NCBI GenBank assembly: GCA_964551605.1
Contig: CAZKCV010000003.1
Location: forward strand, 15,474-79,473
Source: an uncultured Gammaproteobacteria bacterium
GTDB lineage: Bacteria > Patescibacteriota > Microgenomatia > Daviesbacterales > UBA10151
DNA length: 64,000 bases
Reading direction: 5' to 3'
The notes beneath the pieces are model-generated. The model saw only the letters and a list, made by a program, of their open reading frames with translations, was not told the DNA's origin and did no database searches. Made by a program: the position numbers and the translations under genes. Of this stretch, positions 26,480-34,490 are shown one piece after another (the stretch's first letter is position 1; each line of letters opens with the position of its first letter).

Positions 26480-26996
26480 CCAGGATAAAATCCGCTACAT
26501 GATGCGGTCTGGGCACAGAGTGAAAATCAATGTTTCTTGAAGCGCCGGCTGTTTGAATAAAGACATTACCGTAATGGAAGATAGAACTTAATAACCCACC
26601 CATAGAAGAAGCAGTATCTTCTATATTCCTTAAGGGCGCCACATCAATGTTTTTAAACATTAAAGAATGAAAATCCACATCAATTATATTTTTCTCAGTG
26701 ACAATGTAGACATTAAAATACCAATGCAGGAAACCCTCAAAGCTGATCAATAGAACCAGCAAATAGTTAATAATTAAAGAAATTGCAATAAAAGTGGCAG
26801 GTACTACTGCTAAGCTTAAATTAAATAAGGGCAAAGCAAGCGAAATAATAAAAGGGACCAAGAAAAGCAAAACAGCCAGACTGATCCAGCTTAGATTGGT
26901 AATAGGATGAGCCCGAAGCACCAGTAATATTTTTTCATCAGCATCCTGGCCTTCAAAACGGAAATCTGTCGGATGCTCTAAGTAGGCTGGGAACAT
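26439..26996 (-). CDS. membrane protein with bacterial PH-like (YdbS/YdbT-type) architecture; hypothetical
   Basis: 185 aa. N-terminal soluble segment, two TM helices, then a beta-rich C-terminal domain. The architecture resembles DUF304/bPH_2 proteins. Confidence 0.4.
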   Translation of the reverse strand: MFPAYLEHPTDFRFEGQDADEKILLVLRAHPITNLSWISLAVLLFLVPFIISLALPLFNLSLAVVPATFIAISLIINYLLVLLISFEGFLHWYFNVYIVTEKNIIDVDFHSLMFKNIDVAPLRNIEDTASSMGGLLSSIFHYGNVFIQTAGASRNIDFHSVPRPHHVADFILDETHRIHGRRKDA

Positions 26997-27009
26997 TAAG
27001 CTGAGTATA

Positions 27010-27050
27010 GCATAAGTAACTTAAGTTACTTAGGTCACTTAGGTTACTTA
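27010..27050. repeat. short tandem repeat, 4 x 9 bp (TTARGTYAC-like)
   Basis: ttaagttac ttaggtcac ttaggttac ttaggttcg. It lies immediately upstream of the start of the 26439..26996 gene. Confidence 0.5.
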
Positions 27051-28723
27051 GGTTCGATATTAAAGAAAGCAAAGCCGCTTTGGGGGATAGACATTCTGCC
27101 AGGTGCCCGCAAATTAAAGGCTTTCTTAAAATCAGCCCCGGATAAACTAACCCCCTCAATAGTCACCTGACTAGTATTGCCGTCACCTTGAATGACACTG
27201 ACAGAGATAGCTCCGGAAATCCCCCCGTATTTAGAAGCTACTGACCGCAGTTCATCCATACTGTAAGGATTCCCTCCCCAGCAGGAAGAAACCGGAGTCA
27301 CCCGGGAAGCCTCCTCGCTACTTCCTTTAATTAAAACTAAAGCAGCATTAACTATATCAGCCATTTCACTCCCATTAAGCCACGGATTACTCCTACCGCA
27401 TTTATCACTATTTACACTGTATCCTTGGGTATACCAGGCTTTATAAACCCAGGGGGAACCGCCGGCTTTTTCATAGGATTTATCAACAAAACTGGAGCCG
27501 CCGCCGCCGTCAGTAGTGTCCCAGCCCATCGATGGTATATAAACCCCATGGGTAGAAGCATAATAAGTCACCACGTCTTCAATGACCTGGCCGCGGGTGC
27601 TGTCTACTGCATCTTTCCAGGCCTGCGGCGGGCTGTCGGATTTGGATTTTGAATAGACCTGACAAGCTTCACTGGTACAAATGGCCTGGCCGTTTTGTTT
27701 ATACCGATAAGCATAAGTCCGGGCTGCCACAGCCTGGGCTTTTAATGCCTCCATATGCCAGCTGGAAGGCATCTCAGCAATGCCATATAAGTACTTTTCT
27801 TCAAAATTCATTGAACCATAACCTGAGACATTAATATCCCCACCGGTATCCTTACCCACCGGCTCTTTACCGTAATAGGCCCGTAAAATGGCTTTATAAT
27901 CCTGGCCAGACTGGGCCCGGCCCCGGGCTCCGTATTGGCTCATCCCTTTTCTGTGGGTATGGGCTCCGAAGGAAAAAACCGCAAAAGAACCCGAGGGAGC
28001 CGCTTCCCGGAAACCTTTAATAGAGGCATTATAATCATCTGCCAGCTCACTGTCCCCGATACTGGCGGTAAACTGGCCGGATCGGGCGGCTAAAATTTCC
28101 TGCTGCTTGGCGGAAAGTTCGGCAATTTTACCTGATAAATCAGATTGATAGGCTATAGCCTTTTTTATTTCTCCCCCCAAGAATGTCGCATTCTTATCTA
28201 CCTGCTCCTGAAAAGCAGCCAGTTTAATTTTATCTTTCTCCAGGCTTTCCTTATCTGTCAGAATACTCACTACTTCATTGCTGATACTTCTGATAATTTC
28301 CCGGTTTTGATTGATAGTTTTTAAGTGATAGAGTTTATCGGATAATCTGGATTGTCCCAGCAAAAAACCAATCGGATTATAGGAGTAAAGATTTTTATAA
28401 TCCTCTGCCACCCGTTCATTAAAGATAGCTGTCAGACCCACCAGGTTTTCTTCCCTGATATCAATTTCCTTTTGCTTTTTTTGGATATTCAAAGATAAAT
28501 TATTTAAGTTGGCCTGGATTTGAGCCAGTTGCAATTTCAAAGAGTTAAGCTGACCCTCTAAAGGCTTGGTGGCATTAACAGAAGATTCCCGGGCTTTATT
28601 TAATTCATTAATCTGATTTTGCAGATCCTCAATTTCATCTGCCCGGATAGGAGATGTAATGCCGGATAAAACCAGCAGAAAAAAGGTCAGTAGTAAAAGG
28701 AGGATTATCCTGGGCATGAGCAA
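27044..28723 (-). CDS. SpoIID/LytB-domain protein with signal peptide and N-terminal coiled coil
   Basis: 559 aa. Signal peptide; long heptad-rich segment (EIEDLQNQINELNKAR...); C-terminal AHTHRKGMSQYGARGRAQSGQDYKAILRAYYG matching the SpoIID/LytB signature. Confidence 0.65.
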   Translation of the reverse strand: MLMPRIILLLLLTFFLLVLSGITSPIRADEIEDLQNQINELNKARESSVNATKPLEGQLNSLKLQLAQIQANLNNLSLNIQKKQKEIDIREENLVGLTAIFNERVAEDYKNLYSYNPIGFLLGQSRLSDKLYHLKTINQNREIIRSISNEVVSILTDKESLEKDKIKLAAFQEQVDKNATFLGGEIKKAIAYQSDLSGKIAELSAKQQEILAARSGQFTASIGDSELADDYNASIKGFREAAPSGSFAVFSFGAHTHRKGMSQYGARGRAQSGQDYKAILRAYYGKEPVGKDTGGDINVSGYGSMNFEEKYLYGIAEMPSSWHMEALKAQAVAARTYAYRYKQNGQAICTSEACQVYSKSKSDSPPQAWKDAVDSTRGQVIEDVVTYYASTHGVYIPSMGWDTTDGGGGSSFVDKSYEKAGGSPWVYKAWYTQGYSVNSDKCGRSNPWLNGSEMADIVNAALVLIKGSSEEASRVTPVSSCWGGNPYSMDELRSVASKYGGISGAISVSVIQGDGNTSQVTIEGVSLSGADFKKAFNLRAPGRMSIPQSGFAFFNIEPK

Positions 28724-28779
28724 TTAATTTTAACATATCGGCTTGAGTTTTAAGTTGATCCCATGCTAAGCTTACCTTA

Positions 28780-30159
28780 ATGTCCAGAATCCTTTCTTCA
28801 AGATTTTTATTCCAAATCTTTAGTGTGATACTTTCCCTTTTTATACCCTTTTTAGCATCAGAAAAGGTGCTGGCTCAAAATGTTAATATTCGGTGTAGCG
28901 ACAATTTCCAAAAGTATATCCGGTCTGTTAATCTACCAGAAGAAGTTCGCCTCGGAGAAGCTTTTAATGTCAAAGTGGCGTTTACCTCCATTGCAGATAC
29001 TTCCTTAAATTATTATCTGAAATTCACTCAGCCAGGAACTCCACTGTTCGGCCAAAATATCGGTAATGCGGATTTCCGAACAGAGTGGCAACATATTAGT
29101 AACCCAGCAAATCCGGAAATTGATTTCAGTTTTGATAATCGCAACGATACTAGCCCAGGCACCTTCCAACTCAGCTTAATGTATACCACACGTAATTTCG
29201 ATAGAGAAGAAGAGGTATGTAAATTAGGCACTATTAATTTTGTCGAAAAAAACATGAATGAAATTACTTGTAATCTGAAAATGCCTGATAAGGTTGAGCA
29301 AGATAAACCCTTCACTATGAACCTGGATAAAGTTGATAAGCCCAATATCGAATATGCCTTCTATTTCTTTTCCAAAGGAGACATCGATATTAATAAATTA
29401 CCCAAAGGTATGGCAGTTGTTCAAACTGGTAGAAATTTAGCACCCATCTCGAAATTCACTCCCGGTAAAAATACACGCTACAGCAGTGGAGCACTGCCTT
29501 CAAATCCTTCCGGGTCAATTCCCATAACATATAGCAATAACGGAGGTGACCGACTTCGTGGAGGGGAATATATTGCTGTCATCGAAGCTAGAAGACTTCT
29601 AAACTGGAATCCTAGCTTCACTCTTACCGGAGATGACAATAAATGGCTGGTTTCTTACTGTAGTTACCACCCCTTTACCGTCAGCTCAGAACCTACCTCT
29701 GCGGAAACTGACGGGACAGCTATTGCCAAACCAGGGAAAGGTGGTACTTTAGGCGGAGAAGACCTCAAAACTGAAACTTGTTTGGAAAGATTAAGAAAAG
29801 ATCCTACTGCCAAGTGTGCAGAGGCAGGCGGAAAACAAATAAGCGGTTGCGGTGGCCAGGATGACCCAAGAGGACCGGCCATTGCCACTGCTATTGGCTG
29901 TATCCATACCAATCCTGTGGAATTTACTAAAGATATCATGAAGTTTGTTTTGGGTATTGCCGGTGGCCTGGCTTTCTTAATGATGCTGATGGGTGCTTTT
30001 CAAATTCTTTCTTCTGCTGATAACCCGGACACCTTAAAAGCCGGCAGAGAAAGATTAACCAGCGCTGTAATCGGACTTCTGTTAGTTATTTTTGCCGTCT
30101 TGCTGCTGCAAATAATCGGAATTGATATACTGCATTTGCCCGGATTCGGAAGATCATGA
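28780..30159 (+). CDS. large pilin-domain protein: signal peptide + ~370-aa extracellular domain fused to a C-terminal VirB2/TrbC-like pilin module
   Basis: The C-terminal 80 aa (FVLGIAGGLAFLMMLMGAFQILSSADNPDTLKAGRERLTSAVIGLLLVIFAVLLLQII) share the motif of the five small pilin genes downstream. Confidence 0.55.
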   Translation: MSRILSSRFLFQIFSVILSLFIPFLASEKVLAQNVNIRCSDNFQKYIRSVNLPEEVRLGEAFNVKVAFTSIADTSLNYYLKFTQPGTPLFGQNIGNADFRTEWQHISNPANPEIDFSFDNRNDTSPGTFQLSLMYTTRNFDREEEVCKLGTINFVEKNMNEITCNLKMPDKVEQDKPFTMNLDKVDKPNIEYAFYFFSKGDIDINKLPKGMAVVQTGRNLAPISKFTPGKNTRYSSGALPSNPSGSIPITYSNNGGDRLRGGEYIAVIEARRLLNWNPSFTLTGDDNKWLVSYCSYHPFTVSSEPTSAETDGTAIAKPGKGGTLGGEDLKTETCLERLRKDPTAKCAEAGGKQISGCGGQDDPRGPAIATAIGCIHTNPVEFTKDIMKFVLGIAGGLAFLMMLMGAFQILSSADNPDTLKAGRERLTSAVIGLLLVIFAVLLLQIIGIDILHLPGFGRS

Positions 30160-30182
30160 CAATATACAACATCAATTAACCT

Positions 30183-30600
30183 AATTAATCTAATTTCTAA
30201 TTTACCTAAAGAATGACTAATGACGAAATTACCAAAAAGTTTAACCTGGAAGATAGAACAGCTCTATTTGGAGAAAGTGTGATTAAATTTTGCCAAAAGA
30301 TATTCAGGGGACCTTTAACTGATCCTTTGATTATACAACTGGTAAAATGTGGCACCAGTGTAGGTGCTAATTATTGCGAAGCAGATGATGCAGAGAGTAA
30401 AATGGACTTTAAGCATAAAATAGGCATTTGTAAAAAAGAGGCTAGGGAAGCTAAACATTTTATCAGAATGGTTGTAATTGCAATACCTGCTTTAAAAGAA
30501 GAAGCCAAACCACTATGGCAAGAAGCGAAAGAATTAAACTTGATATTTAACGCTATTTATAAGAAAGTAAAATAAGGAAGAATTAATCTAATTTCTAATT
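30183..30600. mobile_element. putative insertion cassette: four-helix-bundle gene bounded by perfect 20-bp direct repeats (AATTAATCTAATTTCTAATT)
   Basis: Identical 20-mers at 30183-30202 and 30581-30600 flank the 30213..30575 CDS. An inverted partial copy (aattagaaatt) lies at ~30665-30675. Confidence 0.45.
30213..30575 (+). CDS. four-helix-bundle protein (23S rRNA intervening-sequence protein family, TIGR02436-like)
   Basis: 120 aa. LVKCGTSVGANYCEADDAESKMDFKHKIGICKKEAREAKHFIRM matches this family. Confidence 0.75.
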   Translation: MTNDEITKKFNLEDRTALFGESVIKFCQKIFRGPLTDPLIIQLVKCGTSVGANYCEADDAESKMDFKHKIGICKKEAREAKHFIRMVVIAIPALKEEAKPLWQEAKELNLIFNAIYKKVK

Positions 30601-30675
30601 ATTCTAATTGATCTAAACTTAGACATTTGATCATTGGGATTTATTTAGAAATTAGTAATTAAAAATTAGAAATTT

Positions 30676-30990
30676 ATGAAGCTAGCTCTAACCTTACCTG
30701 GCTCTAATAATATTGTTGATAGCCCTGTAAAAGAGAAGTTTACTGATCTCGCTGGTGTCCTAACCGGCATACTTAATATCGTCTTTTACCTGGCAGCCTT
30801 TATGGCTTTTTTCTATATCCTCTGGGGGGCATTTTCCTATATCAGCGCCCAGGGCAAAAAAGAAGATTTGGCCAAGGCCCGGGCCAGGATCACCTGGGCT
30901 ATAATCGGATTAGTGATTGTCTTTCTGGCCTTTATCCTCACCCAATTTATTGCCGAAGTATTTAAGCCGCAAGGAGGATTACCATTCTGA
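30676..30990 (+). CDS. VirB2/TrbC-like T4SS pilin paralog
   Basis: 104 aa with two hydrophobic helices and the shared loop motif GAFSYISAQGKKEDLAKARARITWAIIGLVIV. Confidence 0.6.
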   Translation: MKLALTLPGSNNIVDSPVKEKFTDLAGVLTGILNIVFYLAAFMAFFYILWGAFSYISAQGKKEDLAKARARITWAIIGLVIVFLAFILTQFIAEVFKPQGGLPF

Positions 30991-30992
30991 AA

Positions 30993-31022
30993 AAGGGTAC
31001 AGGGTACAGGGTACAGGGTACA
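30993..31022. repeat. tandem heptamer repeat (GGTACAG x4)
   Basis: gggtacagggtacagggtacagggtacag lies between two pilin genes. Confidence 0.5.
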
Positions 31023-31037
31023 GTTAAGAAAGCTTTT

Positions 31038-31406
31038 TTGGCTATAGTATTTTTTGTTTTGCTATACTACATGCCCACTCCTGCTTATGCTGCCTGTGTT
31101 GAACCGGGGAAAGGTGTCCGGATTAGCGACTGTTTCGGCTTTGGGGATGTTAAATCCGTAGGAGATGCCACCAACAGAGGAATTCCTGCCTTATTTGCCC
31201 TACTGGCAGCCATAGTGGTGGTATATTTTGTCTGGGGAGCTTTTAAGTTTATTTTATCCAGAGGGAATAAAGAAGCAGTAGCAGAAGCCAGAGGTATGAT
31301 TACCCATGCCATTATCGGTTTTATTCTATTAATCTTTGTTTTTGTGATCTTGCAATTTTTACTAAATAGCTTATTTAAGATACAATTTAGTATTATAGGA
31401 ACCTAA
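31038..31406 (+). CDS. VirB2/TrbC-like T4SS pilin paralog
   Basis: 122 aa; motif GAFKFILSRGNKEAVAEARGMITHAIIGFILLIFV. Confidence 0.6.
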   Translation: MAIVFFVLLYYMPTPAYAACVEPGKGVRISDCFGFGDVKSVGDATNRGIPALFALLAAIVVVYFVWGAFKFILSRGNKEAVAEARGMITHAIIGFILLIFVFVILQFLLNSLFKIQFSIIGT

Positions 31407-31411
31407 ACTAT

Positions 31412-31840
31412 ATGCGAATTTTACAGATTGTACTGCTGGGAATTTTTTGTCTTTTTGTTTTCGTACCTAGAACTTTAGCTATCGACCCTCCATGTCAGCC
31501 GGACGACAAAAGGGTGGAATGCGTTTTTGGCACCATATCTGCTCCCCCTCCTTTGGCTGAGTTTCTAAAAGATGATCCGACCGGGGCCGGAGCAATCAGT
31601 AATTTTTTATCTAACCTGGTAGCCTTATTTTTTACCTTGGCAACTATAGTGGCATTGTTTATGTTTCTGTGGGCAGCAATTGAATGGATGACTTCCGGCG
31701 GGGAAAAAGAGAAAGTTGCCTCAGCCCGCAATAAAATCATCTATACCATTATTGGTATAGTCCTTTTGGCCACAGCTTTTGCCATTCTTAACATAGTAGG
31801 CATATTTACCGGCTTTACTTTCTTTGCCGGTCAAAAGTAG
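31412..31840 (+). CDS. VirB2/TrbC-like T4SS pilin paralog
   Basis: 142 aa; motif AAIEWMTSGGEKEKVASARNKIIYTIIGIVLL. Confidence 0.6.
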   Translation: MRILQIVLLGIFCLFVFVPRTLAIDPPCQPDDKRVECVFGTISAPPPLAEFLKDDPTGAGAISNFLSNLVALFFTLATIVALFMFLWAAIEWMTSGGEKEKVASARNKIIYTIIGIVLLATAFAILNIVGIFTGFTFFAGQK

Positions 31841-31883
31841 TCACTTGACAAGTGCTTTATGATGCGGATATAGTTAAACTAGA

Positions 31884-32273
31884 ATGAAAAAATTAGCTGT
31901 TATTGGAGCCGGAATTACCAGCCTCTTAACACCGGTCAAAGCTTTCGCGCAAGGAACGGTAGTGATCCAACCCCCACCAGGCAAAGGATTCCCCTCATTA
32001 TCCAATTTTATCCAAAATGCCCTATTGTTAGTTTTTACAGTCGGGGCTTTCATTGTCTTGCTGATGTTAATTATCGGAGCATACGAGTGGATGACTTCCG
32101 GCGGCGACAAAGAAGCCGTCGGTAAAGCCAGAAACAGGATCATTAATGCCTTGATTGGCTTAGTAATATTAGCTATCGCCTTTGCTCTAGTCAACCTGAT
32201 TGGTGTATTCACCGGCTTAAATCTTAGAAATTTGACAGTACCTGGTCCTGCGGCAACCGATACCAATCTTTAA
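31884..32273 (+). CDS. VirB2/TrbC-like T4SS pilin paralog
   Basis: 129 aa; signal-like N-terminus; motif GAYEWMTSGGDKEAVGKARNRIINALIGLVILAIA. Confidence 0.6.
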   Translation: MKKLAVIGAGITSLLTPVKAFAQGTVVIQPPPGKGFPSLSNFIQNALLLVFTVGAFIVLLMLIIGAYEWMTSGGDKEAVGKARNRIINALIGLVILAIAFALVNLIGVFTGLNLRNLTVPGPAATDTNL

Positions 32274-32322
32274 AACTGTTACCTGCATTGATCTTCAAGG
32301 ATATCCATGATAAGTTTAAGTA

Positions 32323-32643
32323 ATGGGACCTCCTCCGGCCGGTTTAACTGAACTGGAAAATTTAGTAGCAAATGTAATCTCGGTAATAGTAGCCCTGGGA
32401 TTTATTGCCATGTTTGTGACGCTGATCATGGCCGGATTTAAATACCTAACCTCCGGCGGTGAACCCAAAGCCATCCAGACCGCTCACCATACCTTATCCT
32501 GGGCCATTTTAGGCATCTTACTTATGATCGTAGCCTGGATACTGTTACAGCTTATCCAGGCCTTTACCGGAATAGAAGTAACCGTGTTTAACATCAAAAC
32601 ACTTTGTAAAAATGCCGCAGGAGCCTTGTCATTTTGTCCGTAA
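32323..32643 (+). CDS. VirB2/TrbC-like T4SS pilin paralog
   Basis: 106 aa; motif AGFKYLTSGGEPKAIQTAHHTLSWAILGILLMIVA. Confidence 0.6.
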   Translation: MGPPPAGLTELENLVANVISVIVALGFIAMFVTLIMAGFKYLTSGGEPKAIQTAHHTLSWAILGILLMIVAWILLQLIQAFTGIEVTVFNIKTLCKNAAGALSFCP

Positions 32644-32701
32644 CCCACCCCCGGACCGTAAGGGGTTGCAAAAATGGATTGGTTTGGGTTAGTGTTAAAG
32701 T

Positions 32702-34480
32702 ATGACTGCCCTGAGTAGAATTAAGGATTTAGAATTAGGAATTAAACTTTTCATACCTTTATTCTTTATTCTTATTGCTTTATTCTTACCCAACCCTGCC
32801 TTTGCCCAAACCGCTTCCTCAAGTGCTGCAGCTCTAGCGCCTGCCACCTATAACCTACCACCTACCGTCTCCCCTGTTTCCCCGCTTTATACTGACCTGT
32901 TAGTAAATAATATGTTCCATACTTTTTCCTGCCTGGCTATTGGCCAATCAATCATCGGCCAGCCTTGTTTAACTTATCAACTAACCCAAAATGCCCAAGG
33001 CATGCTGCAAGGAGTGCCGGTTCTTTCCCAGACTAATTTATCAGGAGGGGCTTTAGGCGGCGTCACTTCCGTAATAGGCATGCTATACACCAATCCGCCG
33101 GTTCGGACTGCCGATTATTTAGCCAGCGTAGGAGAGGGTTTAGGTGTAGTCAAACAGGCTCATGCCCAAGGGGTAGGCGGTTCCGGAGCGGCAGTTCTAA
33201 ACCCCATCCTAAAACTCTGGCAGGTTTCCCGGAATATTTCTTATGTCATACTCATTCTTATCTTTCTGGTAATCGGACTGATGGTCATGTTTAGGAATAA
33301 AATCAACCCACAGACAGTTATCACAGCCCAAACAGCTTTACCGGGACTGGTAATCGGCCTGGTCATGATTACATTTTCCTACTTCTTTGCCGGCCTGATT
33401 TCCGATTTGGCCTTTGTAGGGACAAATGTTGTAGGTTTTTATTTTACAACCGCACAGAATAAGCCACCCGAAGATTTAACACAAAAAATCTCAGGTAGTA
33501 ATATCTTGAATATCATGGGCTCGCTTACAGGAATTATCGAAAGCGGAGATGTTGCTAGCTTTTCCGGCATACTGTTTGACTCTCTCGGTGGTGAAGCCCA
33601 AAAAGCCATCCGGATCTTGGTATTTTGGCTGAGTTCCCAGTTCGTATCAGGCTTAATACCAGACGTAGGAGGAACCGGTAATGCTTTGACACCCTTAATA
33701 AAACCCATTGCCGGTATTATCACAGGAATAGCAACAAATGCCATGATTTCTCCCCTGCTGGGACAATTTTTAAGTCTTGCTGCAGCTTTAGCCTTAGTCT
33801 ATCAACTACTCAAACTACTATTTAAGTTAATTATGACCTGGCTGACAATTATTTTTTTAACCATCATAGCACCATTTCAGTTTCTTTTTGCCTCCTTGCC
33901 GGGCAGACAAGGAATGGCTACCGGTTGGATGCTAAACATGTTGGGTAACATCCTAGTGTTTCCGGCTGTTATAGCTGTAATTTATTTTGTCGCTTTTTTA
34001 CTGGGTCCTAGATTTGCAGCCAACTGCCCCAAAGATAATACTGGTTCTTGTCTGATTCAAATTTCTGCTGTTAACCAACAAGATGATAGTATTTTAGCAG
34101 CACCAGTATACGCAGCGGATAGTAATGATGTAATCGGAACTCATGCTTTCCCTTTATTTGGGGGAATGGATTTAAGTTGGATTCAAATATTACTGGCTTT
34201 TGGGGCCTTAATGGCATTACCGGCAATACCTGATATAATAGTAAGAACTGTTGGAAAGGCAGGACAAGCAGGACAAATGATTGGACAAGAAGTTGTGGGT
34301 GGCGGCAGAACCGGCCAGGGTTTTGCCCAACGGAGCTATAGCTCAGGTATCCAAACCGGACAGACCTGGAAAACAGGTCTCCTTGGTGAAACACAAGTTT
34401 TGCCGTCAGGCGACACTAAGGTAGTAAAACGCGGTCTATTTAGAAATGTCTACGGATGGGGAGTGGGGAGGAAACCTTAA
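32702..34480 (+). CDS. VirB6/TrbL-like polytopic inner-membrane T4SS component
   Basis: 592 aa with a signal peptide and at least six TM segments separated by loops. It sits directly after the pilin array, as in VirB/Trb operons. Confidence 0.5.
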   Translation: MTALSRIKDLELGIKLFIPLFFILIALFLPNPAFAQTASSSAAALAPATYNLPPTVSPVSPLYTDLLVNNMFHTFSCLAIGQSIIGQPCLTYQLTQNAQGMLQGVPVLSQTNLSGGALGGVTSVIGMLYTNPPVRTADYLASVGEGLGVVKQAHAQGVGGSGAAVLNPILKLWQVSRNISYVILILIFLVIGLMVMFRNKINPQTVITAQTALPGLVIGLVMITFSYFFAGLISDLAFVGTNVVGFYFTTAQNKPPEDLTQKISGSNILNIMGSLTGIIESGDVASFSGILFDSLGGEAQKAIRILVFWLSSQFVSGLIPDVGGTGNALTPLIKPIAGIITGIATNAMISPLLGQFLSLAAALALVYQLLKLLFKLIMTWLTIIFLTIIAPFQFLFASLPGRQGMATGWMLNMLGNILVFPAVIAVIYFVAFLLGPRFAANCPKDNTGSCLIQISAVNQQDDSILAAPVYAADSNDVIGTHAFPLFGGMDLSWIQILLAFGALMALPAIPDIIVRTVGKAGQAGQMIGQEVVGGGRTGQGFAQRSYSSGIQTGQTWKTGLLGETQVLPSGDTKVVKRGLFRNVYGWGVGRKP

Positions 34481-34490
34481 ATTAAAGTAA

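Noticed and set aside
31874-32266. 130-aa minus-strand ORF antisense to a pilin gene
   Set aside because: It is entirely antisense to the 31884..32273 pilin paralog, which shares a strong conserved motif with five neighbours. The antisense ORF has no such support.
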